From: Peribolospora baueri
Lineage: Eukaryota
DNA: 64,000 nt
Direction of reading: 5' to 3'
Assembly (NCBI GenBank): GCA_029717555.1
Contig: JAMDHS010000021.1
Coordinates: 186,001-250,000 of the forward strand
Both the position numbers and the translations under genes were made by a program. The first letter of the stretch is position 1. Every line of letters begins with the position of its first letter. The notes beneath the pieces are model-generated. The model was not told where the DNA came from. It was given only the letters and a program-made list of their open reading frames with translations, and made no database searches. Of this stretch, positions 1 to 10,906 are shown in pieces.

Positions 1-597
1 ACCAGCCTAGGTGGTCTGCGATTAGGTGGCTGGCGGGCGGAAACGGAGGAAGGATTGGGAATCGGCAAGAGAATAGGAACGGTCAGACGCCGACGTCCCT
101 CCACCACCCATTCATTCATTCGATCGGCTTGCTCACCGGTTCTTACACCCGGGACACTGGATGATCACGATCCCCATCTCGTAGCTCTTCTTCGCAAACT
201 CGTGCGTGCTCCTGTGGCCGCACTTGTCCACCGAGCACGTGAATGTCAGCTGCAGGCGTGGTTGGTCTTGGGAGACCGGTTCGGCGGACGCCGCCGCATG
301 TGCGCCAGAGACGGCGGCGTCCGATGGTGAGGCGCCCGCCTGTGCCTGCGAACCGCCGCCGCCGGCGCTGCTCGAGGAGTAACTCCTCGTGCCTTCCGCA
401 GCGTCCGGGGAAGGAGAGGTGGCAGAAGCAGCGCCGGCGGCGATTCTGTAAGAAGACAGGCCGTGGGGAAGAGGCGCGAGACGAGCTTCTGGGAAGCGCC
501 GCCGGGCGACGGACGGGCGTGAGCGGAGGGCGGCGCGGGTGCCGAGGTCGAGATGGCGGGCGAGGCGGGGCGCGAGAAAGGGAAAACGGAGGGACAT
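1..597 (-). CDS. ZIM17: Mitochondrial Hsp70 escort / DNL zinc-finger protein (Zim17/Tim15/Hep1); 3' end runs off the window
   Basis: ATG at 597 begins an Arg-rich presequence-like N-terminus (MSLRFPFLAPRLAR). DNL motif LQLTFTCSVDKCGHRSTHEFAKKSYEMGIVIIQCPGCKNR, then a GT-AG intron (136..30) joins R|HLIADHLGW. Confidence 0.93.
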
Positions 598-1215
598 GGT
601 GGGCAATGAGGGCGACGAGGAGGAAGAGAGACGAAGTGGCGGACCTGGCCTGCCTTTCGTCGCTGCCTCACCGTCTGTCTGTCTTCTTTCTTGTCGTCGA
701 TCACGGCCGCCGATCGAAAACGCTGACTGGCGGGCGGCGAAGCGCGGCGAGAGGCGGCGGTAAGATAGCGCGTGCTGCGGCAGGCCGAGGCTGGAGGTGT
801 GGCCGGGGAGGTCGTCTCGAGCTTCTCTCGTCGTCGTCGTGTCGTTCTTCTCGTTCGTTCGTTCGTCCACCGCCGACAGTCGCGCCTCGATTCGCCTCTC
901 CTTCTCTCCCTCTCCCTTTCTCTCTCCTTCTTCTTCCTTCTTCGCCCCGCCCACCAGCACGTCCATCGTCCCCGTCGCGCACGGACGCCCCAGTGTGGCC
1001 CGCCCACTTGGCCTCGCAGCCGCCGCCGTCCTCCGTCCCATGCGAAGACGACGACCACAGGCCTCGTTCGACCGCGACCAGCTTGGACGGGGACAGTGCA
1101 CTGCTACGAGCGTTGATTGACTTCTTCATCCATCCTTCCCCTCTTGGCCTCACCACCGTCCCCTCCTTTCCTTCCCACCCTCTCTTCCCTCCTTTCTCTC
1201 TCATTCGCCTTCACC

Positions 1216-4200
1216 ATGGCCGCCTCCTCCTTCGCCCGCAACTCCTCCTCTGCGGGCGCAGGCCTCTCCGGTCGCGCCTCCTACCTCTCACCTCCCTCCG
1301 GCTCCGGACTGCCCTATGATCCCTACGCTCCCACACCCGCCTCTAACGCCCCGGACGGCCGCACTCGGGCGAGCAGCGCAGCTTTTGCATACCACGATCC
1401 CTTCGCCTCCCCTGACCCCCGACACCGAGGAAAGATCAGGCTGCCCATAGCCCCGCCGCCACGCATCCCCACCGACCTCTTCCTCGCGCTCCTCCTCGCC
1501 AAATCCATCCTCGCCAGCGCCATCATCGCAGCCAGGCAGTGGCTCTTTCGCCCCCGCCTCGTCGATCCCCTCTCCGTCACTTGCGCCTCGCTGTGGGTTG
1601 GCGCCGTCGGAATGGCGGTTTGGTATCGTGCGTGGGAGTGGCGGATCGTCAAGGTCAAGGTGTGCTCATGGTCCCGGAACGTCTGCTATCTCATCTGAGC
1701 CACCGACTGACCGCTCTCGAACATGGACCTGCCCCACTCTCCTATCTCTCTCCCTCCTTTCCTTCCCCTCGTCCCCATCACCCAGTGGGACCGCCTCGCG
1801 CCCCTCGCTTGCATCGTCTTTCTCCAATTCCTCTCCTTCTTCCTCGCCCTGTCCGAGCTGAGCGCGCTCAAGGTCGTCATTTTCACTCAGTTCTGCGAGA
1901 TCTGGGCGAACGATCTGGTCAGGAGTGTCAGAGGCAGGGTGGGTGCTTTGGTCTTGACCGCCTCGTCCTCCGTTTTCCCTTACACGCTTGCTCATTTTTC
2001 CTTCCCTCGCCCGTACCTGACTCATAGAGTTACGGCGGTTACACCGCTCTCATCGGCTTGGGCGCGGCCTTCCTCTATGACTTTTGGACCACAGCCTGTG
2101 AGTGCGGTAGCGTCCATTCCATCTTGACCCGCTTCCTTTTCGTCGTTCCGCTCACCCGTCTTTGGCGTCCCTTCCCATTCAGTTACCCCCATGGATTACT
2201 CCAACCAAGTGCCCACGCCGTTGACCACCACCTCCGTCCTCCACCGCACCCGAGGCCCACACACCCTCTCTCCTTTCTCCTCTTCTCGCCTCACCCCCCA
2301 CCTCCACTCTTCTGTCTCGGGACCTTCCGTTGGCCCTCCGAGCTTGTCCGCCATTCTACTCGGCTACATGGCGTTGGTTGCTCATGCCGTGCTGGTCATC
2401 CAGAAAGAGAGGGCAACAGACAGAGCTGGCATCGATGTCGGAGGGCCGAGGAGGGTGGGCGTGCTCAGCACCGTCCTCGCTGCCTTTGCAGCCGTTCCCG
2501 TGGCTTTCGTGGCCATGTTCTTCGTGAGTGACAGCTTCCTTCCTACCAGGTCGCCCAGTTTCGTGCTCACGTCTCTGCTCCTCGATCAAACGTGCTCCAT
2601 CAGCGCTCCGAACCCCTCCCCCCCATCTCCGTCGCTCTCCCGCCTCTCGTCCTCCTGGCCGTCTCTCTTTTCCTTCTGGAGCCGATTGTCTCCGGTGCCC
2701 TGGCCTCCCACGTACCCCTACGCATGCACGCCGCCAACGGGTGGCCTCTCGCTGCGGGCAGCACGGCGATCGTCGGTTTCGTCGGTTTCGGCGTCGCCTT
2801 CGGCCTCGTGGACGCCGTCGCTGGCGTTGCGGTTGGATATGGTGAGCTCGGCGTCAGAGATTGGTTTGGCCGCTTCGTCACCCGCTCCATCGTCTGCGAA
2901 CCTCATTGTCGCTTGCTCTCCCTTTTTTGCCCTGCCTCCTTTCGACGCCCAGGCATATCCTCCATCCTCCGCCACTCCCCTTGGTATCTCCAATCCTCCC
3001 TTTCCATGTCCATGAACCCCACAGGGAACACCGATCCCCATTCTGCCTCAGCAGGAGGAACACCGTCTTTGGGGTCCCTCCTCACGACCACCTTGGCCGT
3101 CTACCGCCAGCTCAAGTCGACCATCAAGACTATCCTCGCGAGCCCAGACAGCAGGAAAATCTACTACTTTTTGCTTCTCAACTTGGCGTACATGGGCGTG
3201 CAGCTTGTCTGGGGCGTTTGGACGAATAGCTTGGGCCTGATTAGCGACGGTGGGTGCCAAGGCGATGACTTTTGTGTGTCCGAGCTCTTGTGTGCTGTCC
3301 TTCCGAGCTCGGACGGAAGCCTGTCTTTTTTTGATCCGGTCGTTGCGTCTCCTAACTGGTTCGACCTTTTTTTACATCTTGCTTCTCACTTCTCGGCAGC
3401 CATTCACATGTTTTTTGATTGCATGGCTATCGCCATGGGCCTCTTTGCTTCTGTCATGAGCACTTGGCCCAACGACGAAACGTTCACGTACGGGTGGGTC
3501 GTGTCCTGCCTGTTGCACCGCAGAGCAGTTGTCTACGTCTAATCTCTCGGTGGAGGCGCTCGGGAACTCACGCCTCTTTCACGATTGACGACCTCCCAGC
3601 TACGCCCGCGTAGAGACGCTGTCAGGGTTCGCCAATGGCGTTTTCCTCATCCTCATCTCCATCTTTATTGTCTTTGAGGCCGTGCAACGCATCGTCAACC
3701 CTCCGGAGATGAACACTGAGCAGCTCCTCACCGTCTCTGCCCTCGGCTTGGCCGTGAACCTGGTGGGCATGGCTGCGATGGGCGGGCATGCGCACCATCA
3801 TCATGGAGGTCATGGCCACAGCCACGGCCAAGGCGGACACGACCATTCTCACTCGCATCCCCATTCCCACGACGACCGCGTCCTTTCCGAGGCGGCGCAT
3901 CAGGACGGGTCTCTCGTGCCTCATGACCACGGGCATGGGCACGATCATGGACATGCGCATGCGCACGCGCACGGACATGAGCACGGACATGGACATGAGC
4001 ACGGACATGGACATGAGCACGGACATGGACACGGCAAGGAGCACGGTCACCAACATCACCAGGAACACGATCACCAACATTCGCATGGCCATAGTCATGA
4101 TCATGTTCACGATCATGGTCAATCACATCACCGCGGACACGGTCACGATCACGGCCACGATCACGGCCATGGACACAGCCATCATCATGGCCACGATCAC

Positions 4201-5210
4201 GGCCACTCGCACAACATGCGCGGCGTGTTCCTGGTGAGCTTTCTTTTCATCCGTCTCCCCTTCAGGCCATTTTGCGACTCCTGATCTCGCAACTGACCCT
4301 CTTCTCCGTCATCTGTTTGCCTATTTCCGCTTTCAGCACGTGATGGCCGACACTCTGGGGTCAGTGGGCGTCATCATCTCCACCCTCCTCATAAAACGCT
4401 ACGGCTGGACCGGCTTCGACCCTATCGCGTCCCTCTTCATCGCTTTCATGATCGCGGCCAGCGTCATACCGCTCGTCGTCGATACGGGCAAGGTGCTCGT
4501 CTTGGATGTGGGAGAGGAGAGCGATGGCATCATCAAGGGGGCTTTGACGGAGGTGAGCGACTGGCGGTCGCCGCTGGAGTGCGGGCGGGAGGCATGACTA
4601 CACCGTTTTCCCAGCTCTTAACAATTGACTTCGTCTCGTCTCGTCCCCACTCGGCTCGGTCGATCGGGCTCGGCTTTGGCCTTCCTCTCGTTCTGGCTCG
4701 TCCAAATGATCACACAGCTCTTGACCATCGAAGGCGTCGCGTCCTACTCTGCGCCGCGATTCTGGCTGATAGATTCGGAGACCATGGTCGGTTCTATCGT
4801 GAGTGTCACACCCGTCCCACGCGATTCGCCTGAGGGTTTTCCTCGCCCCGTCTCGCTTACGTTTCCTTCTCGTAATATGTTTTACATCTCGTTCTTGCCC
4901 CCATCCAAAGCATATCCAACTTCGCCCCTCCGCTTCCTCTGTCGACGTCTCCAAACCCCCTTCTTCTCCGGCCACGCCCACCGCCATGTCTTCCGCCCTT
5001 CCTCCCTCATCTTCGTATCACTACTCCCGCCCAGAACGCGTCGTATCCCGGGTGGAGAAGCTCCTCAAATCTCGCATACCAGGACTGGACAGCTTGACCG
5101 TCCAGGTCGAAGGCGTGGGAGGCTTGGCCGGATGCTTTTGTCTTCTCGGTGCGGGTGAGGGAAAATCGAAGCCGGACGGACTGGCGGCTTCGGGGAGCGG
5201 GAAAACCTGA
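1216..5210 (+). CDS. MSC2: CDF (cation diffusion facilitator) zinc transporter, Msc2/Cis4/ZnT5-7 type, multi-exon
   Basis: Exons encode DSRKIYYFLLLNLAYMGVQLVWGVWTNSLGLISD, AIHMFFDCMA, YARVETLSGFANGVFL, NMRGVFL|HVMADTLGSVGVIISTLLIKRYGWTGFDPIASLFIA. Long hydrophobic N-terminal extension typical of the Msc2 group. Stop at 5208-5210. Confidence 0.9.
3787..4212 (+). repeat. His-rich coding repeat in the CDF cytosolic loop, including ~3 tandem 18-bp units GGACATGAGCACGGACAT (GHEHGH)
   Basis: Read directly from the translation of ORF 3682..4284; roughly 60 His in ~140 residues (manual count). Confidence 0.9.
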
Positions 5211-5910
5211 TATGGGTCCGTTGATGGCGGCTGCCATTTGAAGAAGAAGAGGGAAAGCCTTGGTACGGCAGTGGCCGGATTTACGCTTTCGTTCACTCAT
5301 TTACGAGGGAGGGTGATTTCGATGTCCTTCGTGCGGTCCTGGACTGGACTGGTTATACCACTGCCATCGATATTAGAGTAGTAATCTTGCATTCTTCACG
5401 CTACCGTCTTCAGATCGACGTCTCGGCGCCAGAGCTTCGTCGGCGCTGGGAGTACGATTGAAAGTGAAGACGAAGCGCCTACGCCCGTCCGCACCTTTGA
5501 GCTCGCTCGTCCCCTCGTTCCTGTTTTTGGGTCGAAGCGGTTATGATCGGAGTGCGTGGCGACAGGTGACGGCGAACGACTCTTGCTGCGGTCCCAAGTC
5601 TGTCTTGTCACATCGCATCACGCATAACATTACGTTACAGGCGACCTATCCGTGGGCGTTCTCAAACCATTCCAATTTGGTTCTCGGCGTCCTCCCGAAG
5701 CGTCCATAGAGGCGTCGACGGGTTTGTGCTTCCTCTTCCGCGCTCGCTCGTCCCCTTGTTGGCGTCGGTCACGGCTGTGGTGGTCCGTGCGAGCGTGGCT
5801 GCGGCGACCGCTCGAGCGTAATGCACACCCGAAACGTAACGCAAGATTCGAAAGAAAGGTTCACGCACTCTCGTTCCCAAGGTTGCGAACGCTACGGAAA
5901 AAAGGTCGAG

Positions 5911-6981
5911 ATGGATGGGTGAGTGCCGCAGAGCAGGTCGCCCATCTCAGTTCCTCTGGGTGTGCTGCCGTCGTCGTCGTCATCCCGTTTCCGTCGACGT
6001 CGAGGAGAGGCAGCCGGACTGGAGTGTGCCAGCCGCTTGAAGGGGTCTTCTATCTCGATCTGCTTTGGATGTCTTTTATTCGCTCCTCTGCGCGCTTAAG
6101 CTCATCTACAGCTCCGCTTTTGTCTTTATCCCACTCATTCCTCCGCCGTTTGTCCCGGATCCGGACCCCAGCTGGAAGCCGTACTTGCACTCTGACATCG
6201 CCAGCGGCGGAATCTACTGGCTCTTCCCTTCCTTCCTCGTCGATTCTTCCTGGACGTTTTTCCTCGCCGGTCTTGCCACCGCCTTGGTTTGCTGGACAGA
6301 GCGGTGAGCTTTGTGTCCCGCGGCTCGAACTTTATTGTTGCGTCTGACCCCTGATCTCTTCGTTTCTTCAAATCGCGCCGTCTCACTGATCCTTTCCTTC
6401 TTTGTTCTACCCTCGTCTGCCCGATTTTGTTCCAGTCTTCTCACCTACCTCCTCGAGGCGTCCTTCCTTACGGTACCCCCACGACGATTAGGAGCCGCCG
6501 GCCACGGCCGAGCGAGGTCGCAATCGGCGCCCAAATCGACAGCATCTTCTTTCACCTTTGGCTTGCCCGCAGACACGCTTATGAAGATTCTCCTTCGCAC
6601 GACTGTGTACTGGCTTGTGACTATGCTCAGGCTGTGAGTGCTCCGCTTCCTTTCTCCTGAGAGATGCCGCTGCTTCAGATGAAATGAGTTAAGAACGACT
6701 CCTGGGGTGGGATAGGGGAGGGCCGAGCAAGTCGTTGATGCCTACGTTTCATCAATTCTTTCCTTCCTTCGTTCCTCCCCAGTCTCTACATGCTCATAAC
6801 GATGAGCATGTCCACACCCCTCCTTCTCATCGTCACGACTTCGTTGGCCAGCGGACAGCTAGCTATCGAGATCAAACGCGCCTCGGACCGGGAAGGGGGA
6901 CGGTGGGATTTGGTGGACAGTCGAAATAAGCCTGACGGAGAGTACGGGGATGACGAGGAGGTATTTTCGCTTATGGAGTGA
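5911..6981 (+). CDS. Small Ctr (SLC31) copper-transporter-like membrane protein, 4 exons
   Basis: Exons 5911-5918, 6172-6303, 6436-6633 and 6783-6981 splice in phase: MDGWKPYLHS..IYWLFPSFLVDSSWTFFLAGLATALVCWTER..ILLRTTVYWLVTMLRLLYMLITMSMSTPLLLIVTTSLASGQ. Has the MxxxM (MLITM) motif and a 3-TM layout like the Ctr family. Confidence 0.72.
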
Positions 6982-7149
6982 GTGCCAGTCGAAACTGCAC
7001 ATGGATGGCGACGTCCACGTTTGGAAGCGTGTCTGCTCTTTCCTAGCTTACGTTTTCTGACGTCCTCCTCACCGCCGCTCTGCTCCCCTTGCCGCATGTG
7101 CGTCATGAACGTACCTCGAACAGGCCTCCTTCCTCCGGCTCGTCCAGTT

Positions 7150-8086
7150 TCACGCCCGAACGTCGTGGTTGAGCTCGTTAAAACGTCCGAGATCGGAACG
7201 AGGAAGCGGCCAGCCAGCTGTCTGTTTGTATTCAGTCCTTTTCTTGGTCTCGTCCGGTAACGTCTTCTTGCCTGTCCGCTCGTCCTTCATCGTCTTTTGC
7301 CTTTGTGTGCGTATGTGTGATGATCGTGTGATAACGTGAAGGCAGCGTTCCTTTGACTGTTGTCGCCAGCGAGAGAGAACAGCTCGGCCGTGTCTGCCCA
7401 TACGTCCCCTTCGGCCACTTTGCCGACGCTCTCCGGAAGACCCAATAGCTGACCTCTGGCGGCGTGCTCCTCAACTCAGGCGCTCTGAAGCCGTATGTCG
7501 CGATGGCTTGGGCAGCCGCGTGTGCCTCTGCAGCGGCCACGGAGGAGTGGATCCGCGATGAGATGGACAACATGGTCGAGGGGACTAGAAAGGAAGGCAA
7601 CCGCCAGGCGCCTGTGGTGCTTTTGCATCTCTGTTTCCTTGTCAATGTCGTTGGTGGCCGCGCCTTCTTTCTGATGAAAACTCCGTTGGTCGCGGCAGCT
7701 GTTTCGCTCTGTATGTAGCCTTGGTCGCTTCCCGCGCGCGGATCGGATTGGCCGCTGACGCTTTCCTGCGTCCATTCCCTTCTGCCTTTGCCGAGCATCT
7801 CTCCAGGTAGCCCCCTTCGAGGCAGTTGGAGCGTTCGATTTCTCTCGACGGACCGGCTCAAGTTGGCAAGTCCACCCAGCCGACGACGTACAGTTGTACT
7901 GTACACGGCCGGCCGTTCCATGTCCGTTTCGAACCTCCTTGACGCCAAGCAATGACAACAGCGGCTCGAACTTGATCCTGGCTTGTCGCCGCCGAAGAAA
8001 GGTGACATCTCAGGCCGAGCCATTAACGCCCGAATGCCTACAGCCAGCTCACTGCCATTCAGTCGAAAACAACCAGGTAAGGTCAC
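7150..8086 (-). CDS. Possible spliced orphan gene, unknown function
   Basis: 284-codon open frame. A plausible GTATGG..AAAG intron (~7403-7300) joins ..KWPKGT|QKTMKDERTGKK.. in phase. No recognisable domain and the start is uncertain. Confidence 0.25.
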
Positions 8087-8325
8087 ATCAGCGGAACTAC
8101 TACTCGCCCTCGGCGCCGTGTACTTACTCTGACCGGAACGACCCTCCGAAACCGCAGATTGGGAGCCCCCGTTTTGGATCCGGTTTAGACGTCGGCAATC
8201 TCGAGCCGATCGTGCTTATTATATTCCATTGAAGGTACAGAACTCCACCGGACTGTCTTTGACCGTGGTCGGCTGGATTTGGAGCTCGCGCGCGGTCGCT
8301 GCCTTACAAGGCGGCTCAAGGACCG

Positions 8326-10393
8326 TCACGCCCGGCCCACCTCGTCGTCCTGATCGAGCTTGTCGCCTCCCGCATCGCCCAAGCTCAAGGAGAAAGCAAG
8401 TGCGATCCTCGCGGCGGCCCGTCGCCTCTCCCCTTCGTCCTCCATGCCCCTCACCTCGTCCGTCAACCGCTGAAGGGCGCCTAGAGCCGAGGAAAAGTCA
8501 AAGTCCGGGTCGTCTCCCTCTTCTTCCTCCCCGTCTCTATTTCCATCTCCTGCTGCTCTGCTCCGATCGCCAGGACGACTGAAGGGGCCAGAAGAGAAGA
8601 TCTGTCGATGAGTCGCAAGCACTTCCGCGTCTGTAGGGAGGTCGAACGAGACCTCCAGAGCGTCCGATTCCACGTCTCCTCCAACTAGCGTCGCTTTGGA
8701 AGAGGAGGGAGGCACCGAAATGGTGGTGCTCGGGCCGGAGATGAAATCGGCAAAATCGTCCTCGAACCCTTCGTGAGGAAGGGGACGAGGCGGAGGAGCG
8801 ATCGACGACGCCACACTCCTCCCGTCTCTCGGACTCCCTTCCGTGGCGCTCGTCTCCGGAACAACCGCACATGCCGTCGCGACCATCTCATCCGATCTCT
8901 TCCGTGTTCCGCTCGCCCATCCATCCCCCTCCACCCCTCCCATACCCCGCCTCCTCTCTTCCCGTTCTCTCGCAGCCCGAGCAGTGATAGCCTCCCACTG
9001 CTCATCGTCCTGCTCCTCCAGAAATGCCTCAAGACGTGCGAGCGCTTCGGGCGGAGGCCGGAAACCTGAACTAGGGGACTTCCGTAGTTGTTGGTTGTCT
9101 GCCAACGCAGCTGAGGCAGAGGTGGACGGGCCCAAATGTCCTCCACCGCTTTCCAACGATCCGCCGGACGTGCGAGGGACGCGAGCGTTCAGAGCTAGAC
9201 TTTGAAGAGCAGCGCCCATCTGTGGGAGGCCGAGCGAATCGAGATCTGCGTCGTGCAGGTCGAGATCGCCGTCCTCCGCGGCGAAAGAGGACACAGGAAT
9301 GGCATCCAATTGAGGCTCCTGGCGAGCTGCGCCCCGAGAAGAGGGCTCCACACGGACGAGGTTTGGCCACATGTACGTTTGGAGCGCTTCCCGCGCTCGT
9401 TCTATACCTGGCAGGCCTGACTCTATCGACGGAGGGTAGGGCGGTAAGGTGAAAAGGATAAGGTACGATTAAGGAGTTTCAGCACAATGAGCCGCCCTTA
9501 GGTCTAAGGAGAACTGGTAGTAGCTCACGCTCGCTCTCCTCATCCACCGTGCTCGACCAGCCAACCTTGGAACCGTCGACATACTCCCATCCCATCTCAT
9601 CTAATAGCTCCGCGACCTTCTCCTCGTCCGACGAGAGCCACACGCTGCCGCCATCTTGCCCTTGCGCGCTCGTCGACCACCTGCCGCTGCCACTCGGCTC
9701 TGCTGGGCTCGTTCCAAAAGGAAGGCCAATAACGAGCGCTATTTCGAGGGACGAAGGGTCAATATGCCGTTCGAGGGTCTGCGTTAGTTTTGTGAATTCT
9801 GAGATGGGCTGAGTTGACGAGGACAGGGCGAGCGAACAGTGGAATGCAAATTGTGAAAGCCATCCGGGTCGACGTCAAAAGATGGGAAATGAGCACGCTT
9901 CACGTAGACTCTTTTGTTGACTCCAATTGCACCCACCTTGCTCTTATCAGCGACGAGGACGACGGCAGGAACGCCGCTGGCTCGCACGTCCACCGTCGGA
10001 GGCTTCATCTCCGTTCCGAGGAGCTGGCTGACGTCAAAGAGTGCCAGGCCAACGTCCGCGGTGTAGTACTTGTTCGATATGTGCCACGGAAGGAGCAGGT
10101 CGCTGGGTCGCTCCTCTTCCGCCGTCCCAGCTGGAGTAGCGATGATGGCTGTGGGAGGGCCATATAGGAAGAGTGAAGACGGCAGCGGTCAGCCATCGGA
10201 TCCGTCCAGGGACTTAACCTCGAACCTGCCCATCTGTGCGACCATTCGTCCGTCCACCCCTCCATGCCTCCCCCCCTCCATCCATCTCGTCTGCCTCACC
10301 TCTTGCAACGCGTCGAGCATGCTCGACGGAGCTGCCGACCACATAGATCTTGTTCTCGTTACCGAGGCCTTGTGCCTCCGCTTCTGTTGCCAT
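8326..10393 (-). CDS. IRC6: Alpha/gamma-adaptin-binding protein p34 (Irc6/AAGAB)
   Basis: MATEAEAQGLGNENKIYVVGS, then PWHISNKYYTADV, MGWEYVD, GIERAREALQTYMWPNL and C-terminal DEVRGMEDEGERRRAAARIALAF, all family hallmarks. GT-AG introns are in phase. Confidence 0.85.
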
Positions 10394-10906
10394 ATTGCCG
10401 CATCGGCCGTGCGCTGGTCTCGCAGATAATGACGTGCGTGCACGACGGTGAGACGGCTGAGCGCCAGAGATGCTTGGGCTCGAGCACTGGCTGTCGTTGT
10501 CGGCCGCTCGCGCTCTCCTCGGAGTACCTTCGCGAGAGTCACGTGATGTTCTTGGGCGGCGGCTGCGGCGACTGGCCTGAGCCTCGCAGGCGGCCAAGTG
10601 CAAGTCGTCGAGCGTCGGTGCGAAGAGGAGACAGCGGTCGCCAACAGCGAGGACGCTGGCCAGCAAGCAAGCAAGAAAGAAGGACGCAAGGACGCAAGGA
10701 GGGGAAGAAGAAGAGTCTTTCTCTCTCCTCTCCCTTCGTTCTTTCCTTCGCCCCCACCTCCCTTCTGCCCTCGCCGCTTGCCGCGTCGCGACCAACGAGC
10801 GGCACAGGTCAGGCTGCGCCAGACCCATCTTTCTTCCTACTACACCCACCGTCGCCGCCCTTCCCGTTCTTTCCGTCTCTACCCTCGCATTGTCCTGTTG
10901 CCTGTC

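Noticed and set aside
1..6981. Metal-homeostasis gene cluster (Zn finger, Zn transporter, Ctr-like)
   Set aside because: Only adjacency supports it; no shared motif was seen and Zim17 is a mitochondrial chaperone.
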